From NCBI GenBank assembly GCA_963840035.1, contig CAWIXE010000001.1, positions 800,001 to 864,000 of the forward strand: 64,000 bases of DNA. The letters are read 5' to 3'. This document shows, piece after piece, positions 17,650 to 27,682 of the stretch; position 1 is the first letter of the stretch; each line of letters begins with the position of its first letter. The translations under genes were made by a program, and so were the position numbers. Source of the stretch: a candidate division FCPU426 bacterium (GTDB lineage Bacteria; Oederibacteriota; PGYV01; Palsa-1178). The notes below the pieces were generated by a model. The model saw only the letters and a program-made list of their open reading frames with translations. It was not told the DNA's origin and made no database searches.

Positions 17650-20600
17650 ATGAAAAATAGAGGCAGGGGACTGGCGTTATTAACCGGATCAGGATTGTTT
17701 TTTGTGGCCGTACTTATTGCTGCCATGTCATTTTGGGCATTCAGCCAGACAGAGGAAGCGTCTTTAAACAGGGAACAGACCACAACCGTAATCAACAGCG
17801 CGTCCGAGCTGCTTTCCGAGATAAAGGACGCGGAGACGGCCATGCGCGGATACGCGCTTACCGGGGATGCAACGTTTTTATTGCCATACAACAGGGTTAA
17901 GGATACGATAGGCGCGCACGTTGAGGTGCTTCTTAAATATAAGGTAATACCGGGAGCAAAAAAACACCTGGAATCGCTTGCGCCGCTGGTTGCTGAAAAA
18001 ATGGAAGAAACAGCGCGGATTGTATCGCTTAAGCAGAACAATCAATCCGCAGAAGCATCATCAGCCATAGCCGCCGGTAAAGGCAGGCGCCTGATGGATT
18101 CCATACGCTACGAAATTAACAGCTTTATCGGAACGGAAAAAGGGTTTTTGGAAAGTTTTGAATCGGAATTCAGGACAAACATGCGCAGGCTTTTCGCGGT
18201 TTCGGCGGCCGCCAGCGCCTTTATGCTTTTTTTCGCGCTGTCATTTGCCTATATGGTATATAAGGAATCGCGCAACCAGCTTGATATCCTTATCCAGGCT
18301 GAAACTCAGCGCCTGCTTTCCGAACAGGAAGTCCTGAATACCAAATTACAGCAGGTCAATTCCATACTGCAGGTCAGCGAGGAAAAGTTCGCTGTAACGC
18401 TTAACTCCATCGGCGACGCGGTGCTTGCCACTGATGACGCGGGGTGCGTTACGTTATTAAACCCCCATGCTGAAAAACTCACGGGGTGGAAGCATGCAGA
18501 GGCTTTCGGACGACCGGTGGAGCAGGTTTTTATCATCATTAATCAGGAAACACGGCTGCCTTCCGTAATACCGGTCAAGCAGACGCTGGAGCACGGCACG
18601 GTCCACGGGCTGGCAAATCACACCATATTGATTTCGAAGGACGGCAGCGAATATGTAATTGCCGACTCCTGCGCGCCGATACGCAACCGCGACGGCAAAG
18701 TGGTCGGGGCGGTGCTGGTATTCCGCGATGTGACAGAGCGTTCAGTCATAGAAATGGGGATTGAGAAGACCAGGATACAGCTTGATATTATAAAAAAATC
18801 CGAAGACGAAGCAAGGGAATATTCCGAGAGCATAATCAACACTATCCGTGAACCGCTTATCGCGCTGGACCAGGATTTAAGGGTGGTTTCGGTCAGCCGT
18901 TCGTTCTATGAGGTTTTCAAGGTAAAAGCCGAGGAAACCGTGGGGCAGCTGATTTATGACCTGGGAAACAAGCAGTGGAACATACCGAAACTCAGGGAAC
19001 TGCTTGAAAATATCCTGCCGCAAAAGGCTACATTTGACAACTATGAGGTCGAGCATGATTTCGCGACCATAGGCAGGCGCATCATGCTTTTAAACGCCAG
19101 GCAGATAAAGAGGGTCCTGGGAAAAGAGCGCGTCATACTTCTTGCCATAGAGGACATAACCGAGAGAAGGGAAATAGAGAACGGCCTGGAAAAAGCGCGC
19201 AAGGAACTGGAAGCAACAAAGATATCTGAAGACGCAGCGCGCGAATACTCCGAGAGCATAATAAACACGATACGCGAGCCGCTCATCGCTCTGGACCAGG
19301 ACTTAAGGGTGGTTTCGGCAAGCAGGGCTTTTTATGAAGTGTTTAAGGTAAAACCCGCTCAGACACTCGGGCAGCTTATTTATGACCTGGGCAATAAGCA
19401 GTGGGACATACCGAAACTGCGTGAACTTCTTGAAAACATCCTCCCTCAAAAAGCGACTTTTGATAATTATGAAGTCGAGCATGATTTTACCACGATAGGA
19501 CGACGCATAATGCTTTTAAATGCCAGGCAAATTGAGCGGTTGATGGGCAAGGAACGAATCATACTGCTTTCAATAGAGGACATAACGATCCGCAGGGAGT
19601 TCGAGAACGGCCTTGAAAAGGCCCGTAAGGAACTGGAAGCCACCAAGATATCTGAAGACGCAGCGCGTGAATACTCCGAGAGTATAATAAACACGATCCG
19701 TGAGCCGCTTATCGCGCTGGACCAGGACTTAAGGGTGGTTTCGGCAAGCAGGGCTTTTTATGAAGTGTTTAAGGTAAAACCCGCTCAGACACTCGGGCAG
19801 CTTATTTATGACCTGGGCAATAAGCAGTGGGACATACCGAAACTGCGTGAACTTCTTGAAAATATCCTCCCTCAAAAAGCGACTTTTGATAATTATGAAG
19901 TCGAACATGATTTTGCGGACATAGGAAGGCGCATAATGCTTTTAAACGCCCGGCAGATACAGAGGGTGCTTGGCAAGGAACGCATCATACTTCTATCCAT
20001 CGAGGATATTACCGTCCGAAGGGAGATAGAGAACGGCCTGGAAAAAGCGCGCAAAGAACTGGCATCGACCAAGATATCCGAAGATGAGGCCAGAGAGTAC
20101 GCGGAGTCCATGATAAATACGGTGCGCGAGCCGCTTATCGTGCTTGACCAGGACTTAAGGGTGGTTTCGGTCAGCCGTTCATTTTATGAGGTTTTTAAAG
20201 TTAAGGTCGCGGATACCGTGGGACAGCTCATTTACGACCTCGGAAACAAGCAGTGGAATATCCCGAAACTCCGGGAACTCCTGGAGACTATTCTTCCCCA
20301 AAAAGCCACTTTTGACAACTATGAGGTGGAACATGATTTCGCCACCATAGGAAGGCGCATAATGCTTTTAAACGCCCGGCAGATACAAAGGGTGCTTGGC
20401 AAGGAGCGCATCATACTTCTTGCCATAGAGGATATAACCGAAAGAAGGGAAATAGAGAACGGGCTGGAAAAAGCGCGCAAAGAGCTCAAGACCCTGGCAA
20501 CCGAACTGGAACGCACGGCAAAGGTAAAATCGGAATTCCTGGCGAACATGTCGCACGAACTGCGGACACCGCTTAACTCCATAAACGGTTTTTCAGAGGT

Positions 20601-21222
20601 GCTTTACGACGAGACATTCGGGCAGCTCAATGAAAAACAGAAAAAATATGTAAACAATGTATTGACCAGCGGCAAGCACCTGCTTTTGCTGATAAACCAG
20701 ATTCTTGACATGGCAAAAGTTGAGGCCGGGAAGATGAAAGCCGAGCTTATCACGCTGCCGATGAAAAACCTCCTAAATGAGATATCACTGCTGGTGGCAG
20801 ACCTGGCCGGCAAGAAAAAAATACAAATCCAGCTGGATATAGCGGAAGACCTGCCGGATATAGAGGCCGATGAACTGAAGGTAAAGGAGATTATATATAA
20901 CCTGCTTTCAAACGCCGTAAAATTCACCCCTGAAGGCGGAAACATAGGTATGAGGGCAAAGAAAAAAGGGAAAAATATAGAGGTCACGGTATGGGATACC
21001 GGGGTGGGCATCGCACCTGAAAATATGGAAAAGATATTTGAGGGGTTTTTCCGGGTTGACACACCATTTTCACGCGTGACAGAAGGCACGGGTCTCGGGC
21101 TTCCGCTTTCAAAAAAAATGGTGGAACTGCACGGCGGAACCCTTTCAGTGGAATCAAAGGGGCTTGGACGGGGAACTTCGGTTATATTCACCCTTCCCAT
21201 ATCGCCGGAGGGGAAGGCATAG
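17650..21222 (+). CDS. CHASE3 + 5 PAS sensor histidine kinase
   Basis: TM-DAETAMRGYALTGD(CHASE3)-TM; PAS domains; SHELRTPLN, NLLSNAVKFT, DTGVGI, GTGLGL. Confidence 0.95.
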   Translation: MKNRGRGLALLTGSGLFFVAVLIAAMSFWAFSQTEEASLNREQTTTVINSASELLSEIKDAETAMRGYALTGDATFLLPYNRVKDTIGAHVEVLLKYKVIPGAKKHLESLAPLVAEKMEETARIVSLKQNNQSAEASSAIAAGKGRRLMDSIRYEINSFIGTEKGFLESFESEFRTNMRRLFAVSAAASAFMLFFALSFAYMVYKESRNQLDILIQAETQRLLSEQEVLNTKLQQVNSILQVSEEKFAVTLNSIGDAVLATDDAGCVTLLNPHAEKLTGWKHAEAFGRPVEQVFIIINQETRLPSVIPVKQTLEHGTVHGLANHTILISKDGSEYVIADSCAPIRNRDGKVVGAVLVFRDVTERSVIEMGIEKTRIQLDIIKKSEDEAREYSESIINTIREPLIALDQDLRVVSVSRSFYEVFKVKAEETVGQLIYDLGNKQWNIPKLRELLENILPQKATFDNYEVEHDFATIGRRIMLLNARQIKRVLGKERVILLAIEDITERREIENGLEKARKELEATKISEDAAREYSESIINTIREPLIALDQDLRVVSASRAFYEVFKVKPAQTLGQLIYDLGNKQWDIPKLRELLENILPQKATFDNYEVEHDFTTIGRRIMLLNARQIERLMGKERIILLSIEDITIRREFENGLEKARKELEATKISEDAAREYSESIINTIREPLIALDQDLRVVSASRAFYEVFKVKPAQTLGQLIYDLGNKQWDIPKLRELLENILPQKATFDNYEVEHDFADIGRRIMLLNARQIQRVLGKERIILLSIEDITVRREIENGLEKARKELASTKISEDEAREYAESMINTVREPLIVLDQDLRVVSVSRSFYEVFKVKVADTVGQLIYDLGNKQWNIPKLRELLETILPQKATFDNYEVEHDFATIGRRIMLLNARQIQRVLGKERIILLAIEDITERREIENGLEKARKELKTLATELERTAKVKSEFLANMSHELRTPLNSINGFSEVLYDETFGQLNEKQKKYVNNVLTSGKHLLLLINQILDMAKVEAGKMKAELITLPMKNLLNEISLLVADLAGKKKIQIQLDIAEDLPDIEADELKVKEIIYNLLSNAVKFTPEGGNIGMRAKKKGKNIEVTVWDTGVGIAPENMEKIFEGFFRVDTPFSRVTEGTGLGLPLSKKMVELHGGTLSVESKGLGRGTSVIFTLPISPEGKA
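18802..20490 (+). repeat. Four tandem 426-bp (142-aa) coiled-coil + PAS modules
   Basis: Units start at 18802, 19228, 19654, 20080; 19291-19436 identical to 19717-19862. Confidence 0.93.
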
Positions 21223-21223
21223 G

Positions 21224-21613
21224 ATGAAAAACAAAATACTTGTTGTTGACGATAACGCGAACAACCTGCTGCTGGAAAAGGACCTCCTGGAAATAGCGGG
21301 TTTTGAGGTCTTTGCCGCGGAGGACGCCACGACCGGCATAAATATCGCAAAAAAACACATACCTGACGTGATAGTCATGGACGTAAGGCTGCCTGACATG
21401 AGGGGCACGGACGCGGCAATGATACTGCGCAAACACGAGAAAACCAGGGACATCCCCATAGTTTTTGTCACCGCGTCGGTCATGGCTGAAGGGCTTGAAG
21501 AAGTAAGGTCCATAATAAATTCCGGTTTTATAGGAAAACCCATCAATACTCGCACATTTGCCGCGGAAATATCCGGATTTATCAGGAAGGCCGGAGGGGA
21601 GAAATATAAATGA
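21224..21613 (+). CDS. DivK-like single-domain response regulator
   Basis: LVVDDNANN, MDVRLP, TRDIPIVFVTA, GFIGKPI. Confidence 0.9.
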   Translation: MKNKILVVDDNANNLLLEKDLLEIAGFEVFAAEDATTGINIAKKHIPDVIVMDVRLPDMRGTDAAMILRKHEKTRDIPIVFVTASVMAEGLEEVRSIINSGFIGKPINTRTFAAEISGFIRKAGGEKYK

Positions 21614-23136
21614 ACGATTTTATAAAAGAATATACGGTAAGCGGGGCAAAGTTCAGGATACTTTGCGTGGACGACGAGCCCCTGAACGTGGAACTGCTCG
21701 AGGCTATACTTGTCCCGGTAGGATATGAAGTCATAAAGGCAAGCAGCGGCAATGAGGCGCTCGGGATACTTAAACAGGCTGAAGTGGATATGGTGCTGCT
21801 GGATGTGATGATGCCGGGTTTGAACGGCTACGAGGTATGCCGCCTGATAAAGGCATCGCCTGAAACATCGCGGGTACCGGTTATCATGATAACAGCCCTG
21901 TCCTCAAAAGAAGACCGCATAACATCCATAGAGGCCGGGGCTGAAGATTTTATAACCAAACCTTTCGAAAAAACAGAAGTGCTTACACGTGTCGGAAAGC
22001 TGCTTGAAATTTATGAAAAAAATTCAAAAATAGTATCTTTGTTCAGAGTACTCTCCGGACTGGCCGACAGGGGTAACAGGTCGGCTGAATCCATGAACAA
22101 GAGCCCCTTTAATTTTTATTACGAAGTGGACTCCATGATACGGGGTATCACTTCAAGCCGCGGAAGCGGGCCCTCAGGGATGATCCTGGGGACGAACGAG
22201 ACCGGGTGGATACATTATGAAATGGCGGGAGCAGACAGCCCGCGGCCGGGAAAGGCTTTTCCTGAAGGGAGCCTGTCGTCCCTGCTCGAAGGACAGGCAA
22301 GGATATTTTATTCCGGTGAAGGAGAAGCTAAAACCGGCGAGGCGCGCGAAATAGGGGCAGAACTATTAAAGCAGGGAACGCACGCCGGAAATTTTATATG
22401 CCGCGCCGGCGGAGGCATATGCCTGATATCTTACGGCCACAGAAAAGGGGTCAGCAGCCAGGATTCGGTGGTTTTAAAAGCCATAGCCATGCAGATAATG
22501 TTCCTGCGTTCCGTCGCGGTCCAGATAAAGGAGACCGAAAAAGCGTACGATTACCTGGTGCTCACGCTGGCCCGCGCGGCCGAGGCAAATGACGAGGATA
22601 CGGGGATGCATATCTTAAGGGTGGGCGAATATGCCGCTATGCTCGCGGAAAAAATGGGGCTTGACAGGGAATTTGTGGAAAAAATAAGGATGCAGGCCCA
22701 GATGCACGATGTGGGTAAAATACACATATTTTCCGAGATTTTAAGGAAACCAACGGCGTTAACTGCAGAAGAATTTGAAGTTATGAAACTTCATACTGTT
22801 TTCGGGGCAAAAATAATAGGAAAACAGGAGAGGCTTGCAATCGGAAACAGGATTGCCGCGTCACACCATGAAAAGTGGGACGGCAGCGGTTATCCCGAAG
22901 GTCTGGAAGGCGAGGAAATACCGCTTGAAGCGCGCATCACAACAATAGCAGACCAGTATGACGCTTTAAGGAACGTAAGGGCATATAAACCGGCGTTAAC
23001 GCACAAGCAGGCGTATGAAATAATAGTCATAGGCGACGGAAGGACGCATCCGGGCCATTTTGACCCGGCAGTGCTGTCGGTATTCATAAAATACGCGGCG
23101 GATTTTGAAAAAATCTATGAAAAATTAAACGGATAA
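21610..23136 (+). CDS. Response regulator with HD-GYP cyclic-dinucleotide phosphodiesterase domain (RpfG-like)
   Basis: REC LLDVMMP; TGMHILRV, MHDVGKI, HHEKWDGSGYP, ADQYDAL, RAYK. Confidence 0.93.
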   Translation: MNDFIKEYTVSGAKFRILCVDDEPLNVELLEAILVPVGYEVIKASSGNEALGILKQAEVDMVLLDVMMPGLNGYEVCRLIKASPETSRVPVIMITALSSKEDRITSIEAGAEDFITKPFEKTEVLTRVGKLLEIYEKNSKIVSLFRVLSGLADRGNRSAESMNKSPFNFYYEVDSMIRGITSSRGSGPSGMILGTNETGWIHYEMAGADSPRPGKAFPEGSLSSLLEGQARIFYSGEGEAKTGEAREIGAELLKQGTHAGNFICRAGGGICLISYGHRKGVSSQDSVVLKAIAMQIMFLRSVAVQIKETEKAYDYLVLTLARAAEANDEDTGMHILRVGEYAAMLAEKMGLDREFVEKIRMQAQMHDVGKIHIFSEILRKPTALTAEEFEVMKLHTVFGAKIIGKQERLAIGNRIAASHHEKWDGSGYPEGLEGEEIPLEARITTIADQYDALRNVRAYKPALTHKQAYEIIVIGDGRTHPGHFDPAVLSVFIKYAADFEKIYEKLNG

Positions 23137-23150
23137 GGGGTAATACAATC

Positions 23151-24506
23151 ATGGAAACGCAGATTTTAATAGTTGATGACGAACATAAAAATATTGAACT
23201 GCTTGAGGCGCTTTTAGGCCCTGAGGGTTATAAACTGGTCAAGGCTGAAAGCGGGGAGGACGCGATCCTGTTCCTTTCATCCGAGGTCCCTGACCTGGTG
23301 CTCCTTGATGTCATGATGCCGGGTATTTCAGGGTTCACGCTTCTGGAAGAAATCAGGAAAAATGAAAAAACCAAAACATTGCCCGTCATACTGCTTACCG
23401 CGCTTAGGGACAGGGAGGACAGGATCAAGGGGATAGTCGCCGGGGCAGACGATTTCATATCCAAGCCTTTTGACAAGGCTGAACTGGTTTTTAAGGTCAG
23501 GACGCAGGTGCGCCTTTCCGCCTTAAGAAGGCAGATAAATGAGAAGGAAAAATTATTGAGCGTCATGGAGCTGGTGCTGGAAGGCACTGCCCTGACGGAT
23601 GACGCCTTTAACATACAGCAGATAAACTTAAAAGCCATTGAGATGCTGGGCATGAAGGACACGTCGGGCAACCTTGCCAACTTTCTCCTTGATAAATACG
23701 GCCATGAAATAGATAAAAAAATGGACAGGGGGAGCTTCATAATAGGCAGGGCTGAGACCACGTCAGCGCCGCCTCTGTTTTTGTCGGGGGAATACCGCAT
23801 GGTGAATAAACCAGGCGGGGAGAAAAACTCCTATGTATTTGTATTTAAAGACGTTACCGAGGAGCATACCAGGAACAAAATGAAGACGGATTTTCTCTCG
23901 CTTATATCGCATAAGCTGCGCACCCCTTTAACCGTAATTACCGGATACGCGAAAATGCTGGACGCATTCGCGCCGGACCAGAAATTTAAGGACATGGTTC
24001 AGGCCATAGTGCGCAGCAGCGTAACACTGGAAAATCTCATAAAAAGGATTCTGTTCTTTGTTGAGATAGATAATACGGCAAAAACAGGCGCTGAGATACC
24101 GCTTGATATCAGGGGCATGATGGACTTGTATTCCGGAATATATAAAAAACCATTTGAGCTTATGCTTAATCAGGATGAAATAAACGTGCCGTACTGGCAA
24201 AAAACAGCCATCGAAGAGATTATAGAAAATGCCTTCAAGTTTAATGACAAGCCTTTGCTGGCCCTGGATGTCAGGGCTGGACAAGAAAGCGTGGTTGTTG
24301 AAGACAACGGACCCGGCATCAGCGCGGAGGAGCGGGAAAAAGTATTCGGGACTTTTTACCAGGTATACAGGAATGCCTCCGGCAATACGCCGGGCGTGGG
24401 CCTCGGGCTTTCCATAGTAAAAAAACTTGTTGAATCCTCGGGAATGAGCATAACCCTGGAAAAAGGCAAAAATGGCGGGCTTAGGACAGTGATATTAAAA
24501 AAGTAA
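23151..24506 (+). CDS. REC-PAS-HisKA-HATPase hybrid kinase, paralogue 1 (His retained)
   Basis: LLDVMMP; H-box SHKLRTP; ENAFKFN, EDNGPGI, GVGLGL. Confidence 0.9.
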   Translation: METQILIVDDEHKNIELLEALLGPEGYKLVKAESGEDAILFLSSEVPDLVLLDVMMPGISGFTLLEEIRKNEKTKTLPVILLTALRDREDRIKGIVAGADDFISKPFDKAELVFKVRTQVRLSALRRQINEKEKLLSVMELVLEGTALTDDAFNIQQINLKAIEMLGMKDTSGNLANFLLDKYGHEIDKKMDRGSFIIGRAETTSAPPLFLSGEYRMVNKPGGEKNSYVFVFKDVTEEHTRNKMKTDFLSLISHKLRTPLTVITGYAKMLDAFAPDQKFKDMVQAIVRSSVTLENLIKRILFFVEIDNTAKTGAEIPLDIRGMMDLYSGIYKKPFELMLNQDEINVPYWQKTAIEEIIENAFKFNDKPLLALDVRAGQESVVVEDNGPGISAEEREKVFGTFYQVYRNASGNTPGVGLGLSIVKKLVESSGMSITLEKGKNGGLRTVILKK

Positions 24507-24530
24507 TTTAAAAACTGAACCGAGGTAAAC

Positions 24531-25904
24531 TTGAAGATAAAATTACTTATTGTTGATGATGAACCGCTGAATATAGAACTGCTTGAGGCGTTGCTTGAAG
24601 CTGATAATTACACTCTATTTAAGGCAAGAAACGGCGAAGAAGCCTTAGAAAGCATAAAAATCAACGGCCCGGACATAGTCCTTCTTGATATCGTAATGCC
24701 TGGCATGTCCGGGTTTGAAGTCCTGGAAGAGATAAGAAAAAATGAGGAGACAAAGGCACTCACCGTCATCCTGCTTACGGCTTTAAGCGGCAGGGAGTCT
24801 ATGGTAAGGGGTCTTGATGCCGGGGCTGATGATTATATAACCAAACCATTTGATAAAGTTGAGCTGTTAAGCAGGGTGAGGACCCATGTAAGGATGTCTT
24901 TATTAAGAAGGCAGATATCTGAAAAAGAAAAACTGGCTGGAGTCATGGAAATAATGCGCGAAGGCGCTGTAGTGACTGACGCAGGGTTCAACATAAAGCA
25001 GTTCAATGCAATAGCCATGGAAATGCTTGGGCTTAAAAATTCAGCAATAAACCTGGCGGACCATCTTGAATCAGTTTACGGATATTTATTGGATAAGAAC
25101 GGTGATTTTGGACGGGCGACAATAAGCAGGAAAGAAAAAAATCCGGATAATCCGCTATTTTTGTCGCTGGATTACCGTATGATTGCCGGCCCGGGCGGCG
25201 GCGTGAAATCTTATGTGTTTGTATTTAAAGATGTCACGGAAGAATACACGAGAAACAACATCATACTCCATTTTCTTTCACTGGTATCAAAAAAACTGCA
25301 GACCCCGATGAACGTCATAAGCGGTTACGCGAAGATTATAGGCTTTTTTGCGGCTGAAGACAAATTAAGAGGTTCGGTAAGCTCAATAATACGCAACAGC
25401 CTGATTATGGAAACACTGATGAAAAGGTCCATGTATTTTGTAGAACTCGGCAACACTTCGACGGTGGGGCATTTAAAAAAAATGGATCTTAAGGAACTGG
25501 CCGGGCGGCTTGCCGGAAAATACGGGAAGAAATACAGGTTTGTGAAAGAGCCTGATAACGCTGATGTCCAGTACTGGCAGAGGATTGTGATTGAAGAACT
25601 GGTTGAGAACGCTTTCAAATACAACCGTGCGGATGAAGTCGTTCTGGATATAAGGATTGACCATGATGCCATGACAATAGAGGATAACGGGCCAGGAATT
25701 TCAGATGAAGAGCGCGAAAAGGTATTTGAGGAATTTTATGAAGTAAACAGGAACCTTCCCGGCAATACATCAAGCGCGGGGCTGGGGCTAGCCATTGTAA
25801 AAAGGCTGGCCGAGTCGGTAAACCGCATTGTGACCCTGGAACATTCGCAGCTGGGGGGGCTTAAGGCGGTAATAAGCAAAAAATCGGCAGAGGCAGGGGG
25901 ATGA
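24531..25904 (+). CDS. REC-PAS-HisKA-like-HATPase, paralogue 2 (His->Lys pseudokinase)
   Basis: TTG start after GAGGT; H-box equivalent SKKLQTP; ENAFKYN, EDNGPGI, AGLGL intact. Confidence 0.88.
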   Translation: MKIKLLIVDDEPLNIELLEALLEADNYTLFKARNGEEALESIKINGPDIVLLDIVMPGMSGFEVLEEIRKNEETKALTVILLTALSGRESMVRGLDAGADDYITKPFDKVELLSRVRTHVRMSLLRRQISEKEKLAGVMEIMREGAVVTDAGFNIKQFNAIAMEMLGLKNSAINLADHLESVYGYLLDKNGDFGRATISRKEKNPDNPLFLSLDYRMIAGPGGGVKSYVFVFKDVTEEYTRNNIILHFLSLVSKKLQTPMNVISGYAKIIGFFAAEDKLRGSVSSIIRNSLIMETLMKRSMYFVELGNTSTVGHLKKMDLKELAGRLAGKYGKKYRFVKEPDNADVQYWQRIVIEELVENAFKYNRADEVVLDIRIDHDAMTIEDNGPGISDEEREKVFEEFYEVNRNLPGNTSSAGLGLAIVKRLAESVNRIVTLEHSQLGGLKAVISKKSAEAGG

Positions 25905-25911
25905 AATAAAC

Positions 25912-27351
25912 ATGGATATAAAAATACTCATCGTGGACGACGAACCGGTTAATATTGAACTTCTTGAAGCCCTGCTCGGGCCGGAGGAATACATTTTAAT
26001 CAGGGCAAAAGACGGCGAGGAAGCCCTTGAAATACTTAAAAACACTACGCCCGATATGGTGCTCCTGGATATAATGATGCCGGGTATGTCCGGATACAAG
26101 GTGCTTGAAGAAATCAGAAAAAATGAAAAAACCAGCATCATCCCCGTGATACTTCTTACCGCGCTCGCCGACAGGGAGCACAGGATAAAAGGGCTGAAAG
26201 CCGGCGCCTCGGATTATATTTCCAAGCCTTTTGATAAGACAGAGCTTGTCACCAAAGTGAAAACGCTTTCCACCATGTCGGTATTAAGGAGGCAGATAAA
26301 CGAGAAGGACAAACTGATCCATATCATGGAACTGCTGGAGGAGGGTATAGTCGTTACCGATGAACTCTTCAACATACAGCATATGAATACACACGCGCGG
26401 GAAATGCGCGGGCTAAAAGGGTGCGGAAAGAACCTCGGTTCTTTTCTGGCTGAAAAATACAGGATAATAATCTCAGGCAATCCTGAAAACTTCGGGTTTA
26501 TTATGGAAGTACCGGGGACTGATACGGATACGGTTTCATTCATGTCCGCGCGGTTCAGTAAAGCCGCGGAAATACCGGGAACCGCCGGGTCCTACGTTTT
26601 TGTCCTGAAGGATGTTTCCGAGGATTACGGAAGGAACATGATGAAAAAGGATTTCATTTCGCTGATCTCAGACAGGCTGCGCGCGCCGCTTGCAATAATT
26701 AACGGGTATTCAAACCTTATCGCAACCCAGCCGCCGCACGAACAGCTGCTCGAGCTTACAAAAGCGCTGATACACAACGGCAGACTTATAGATAATCTCA
26801 TAGGCAGGGTGTTGTATTTTTCCGAACTGGACAATACCTATTATGCGGATGATTATAATGACTCAAGAAATATACCCGTAAGCGAAATGGACTTAAAGCA
26901 GACGGCGAACATGTTTGAGATGGCTTATAAAAAGCAGTATGAATTGATAACGGAGAGGGAAATAATAAACGTGAAAAAGTGGCAAAAGACGGCAATTAAG
27001 GAAATTATGGAAAATGCCTTCAAATTCAATAATCAAAATAAGCTGGTCCTGAAAGTCACCGTGGGTCCGGAGTGGCTTGTTATTGAGGATAACGGGCCTG
27101 GCATAGACGCTGCGGAGCGTGAAAAGGTTTTTGAACCTTTTTATCAGCCGGATATGGATGCAAACATAAAAAATGCAGGCATAGGGCTCGGGCTTGCCAT
27201 CGTAAAGAGGCTCGCTGAATCCGGGAACCGCGCAGTATTCCTCGGGTCCTCATCATCAGGGGGGCTCAGGGTGATTATCGGAAAAAAACCTGAAGAAAGC
27301 GCGATAACAGCAGCACTGGCAGCTGCGGGCAAAAATTCAGCTGTGAATTAA
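25912..27351 (+). CDS. REC-PAS-HisKA-like-HATPase, paralogue 3 (His->Asp pseudokinase)
   Basis: H-box equivalent SDRLRAP; ENAFKFN, EDNGPGI, GIGLGL intact. Confidence 0.88.
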   Translation: MDIKILIVDDEPVNIELLEALLGPEEYILIRAKDGEEALEILKNTTPDMVLLDIMMPGMSGYKVLEEIRKNEKTSIIPVILLTALADREHRIKGLKAGASDYISKPFDKTELVTKVKTLSTMSVLRRQINEKDKLIHIMELLEEGIVVTDELFNIQHMNTHAREMRGLKGCGKNLGSFLAEKYRIIISGNPENFGFIMEVPGTDTDTVSFMSARFSKAAEIPGTAGSYVFVLKDVSEDYGRNMMKKDFISLISDRLRAPLAIINGYSNLIATQPPHEQLLELTKALIHNGRLIDNLIGRVLYFSELDNTYYADDYNDSRNIPVSEMDLKQTANMFEMAYKKQYELITEREIINVKKWQKTAIKEIMENAFKFNNQNKLVLKVTVGPEWLVIEDNGPGIDAAEREKVFEPFYQPDMDANIKNAGIGLGLAIVKRLAESGNRAVFLGSSSSGGLRVIIGKKPEESAITAALAAAGKNSAVN

Positions 27352-27397
27352 GTCCATGAAAAGATGAATGACGGAGTGTCTATCAGGAATGGATTTA

Positions 27398-27416
27398 TGT
27401 ATGATTGTATTACAAA
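27398..27416 (+). promoter_or_regulatory. Motif TGTATGATTGTATTACAAA before second DUF2934-like gene
   Basis: Near-identical to 3448-3466; contains -10-like TATGAT and palindrome TTGTA-T-TACAA. Confidence 0.6.
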
Positions 27417-27433
27417 CAAACAGGAGGTTTAAA

Positions 27434-27646
27434 ATGAGTAAAAAAAACGGGGAAAAACAAATCAATAAGGAACTTACAAAGTACGCTGATAAAGAAATGA
27501 AATCGGGAATAAAGAAAGATGCTGACGGCAAAAATGACCTGATCAGCGCGAACGCCTACGCGTTGTTTGAAAAAAGCGGATTCGCCCACGGTAATGACAG
27601 GGCTCACTGGCTCGAAGCTGAAAAAATGGTAACAGGGAACAAATAG
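27434..27646 (+). CDS. DUF2934-like small protein
   Basis: ISANAYALFEKSG..HGNDRAHWLEAE; AGGAGG RBS. Confidence 0.8.
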   Translation: MSKKNGEKQINKELTKYADKEMKSGIKKDADGKNDLISANAYALFEKSGFAHGNDRAHWLEAEKMVTGNK

Positions 27647-27682
27647 CAGGTTTAAATAAATAACAAGGTAAAGGAGATTTAT

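Noticed and set aside
18802..20490. Diversity-generating retroelement TR/VR pair
   Set aside because: Differences are mostly synonymous, not adenine-specific, and no reverse transcriptase is present
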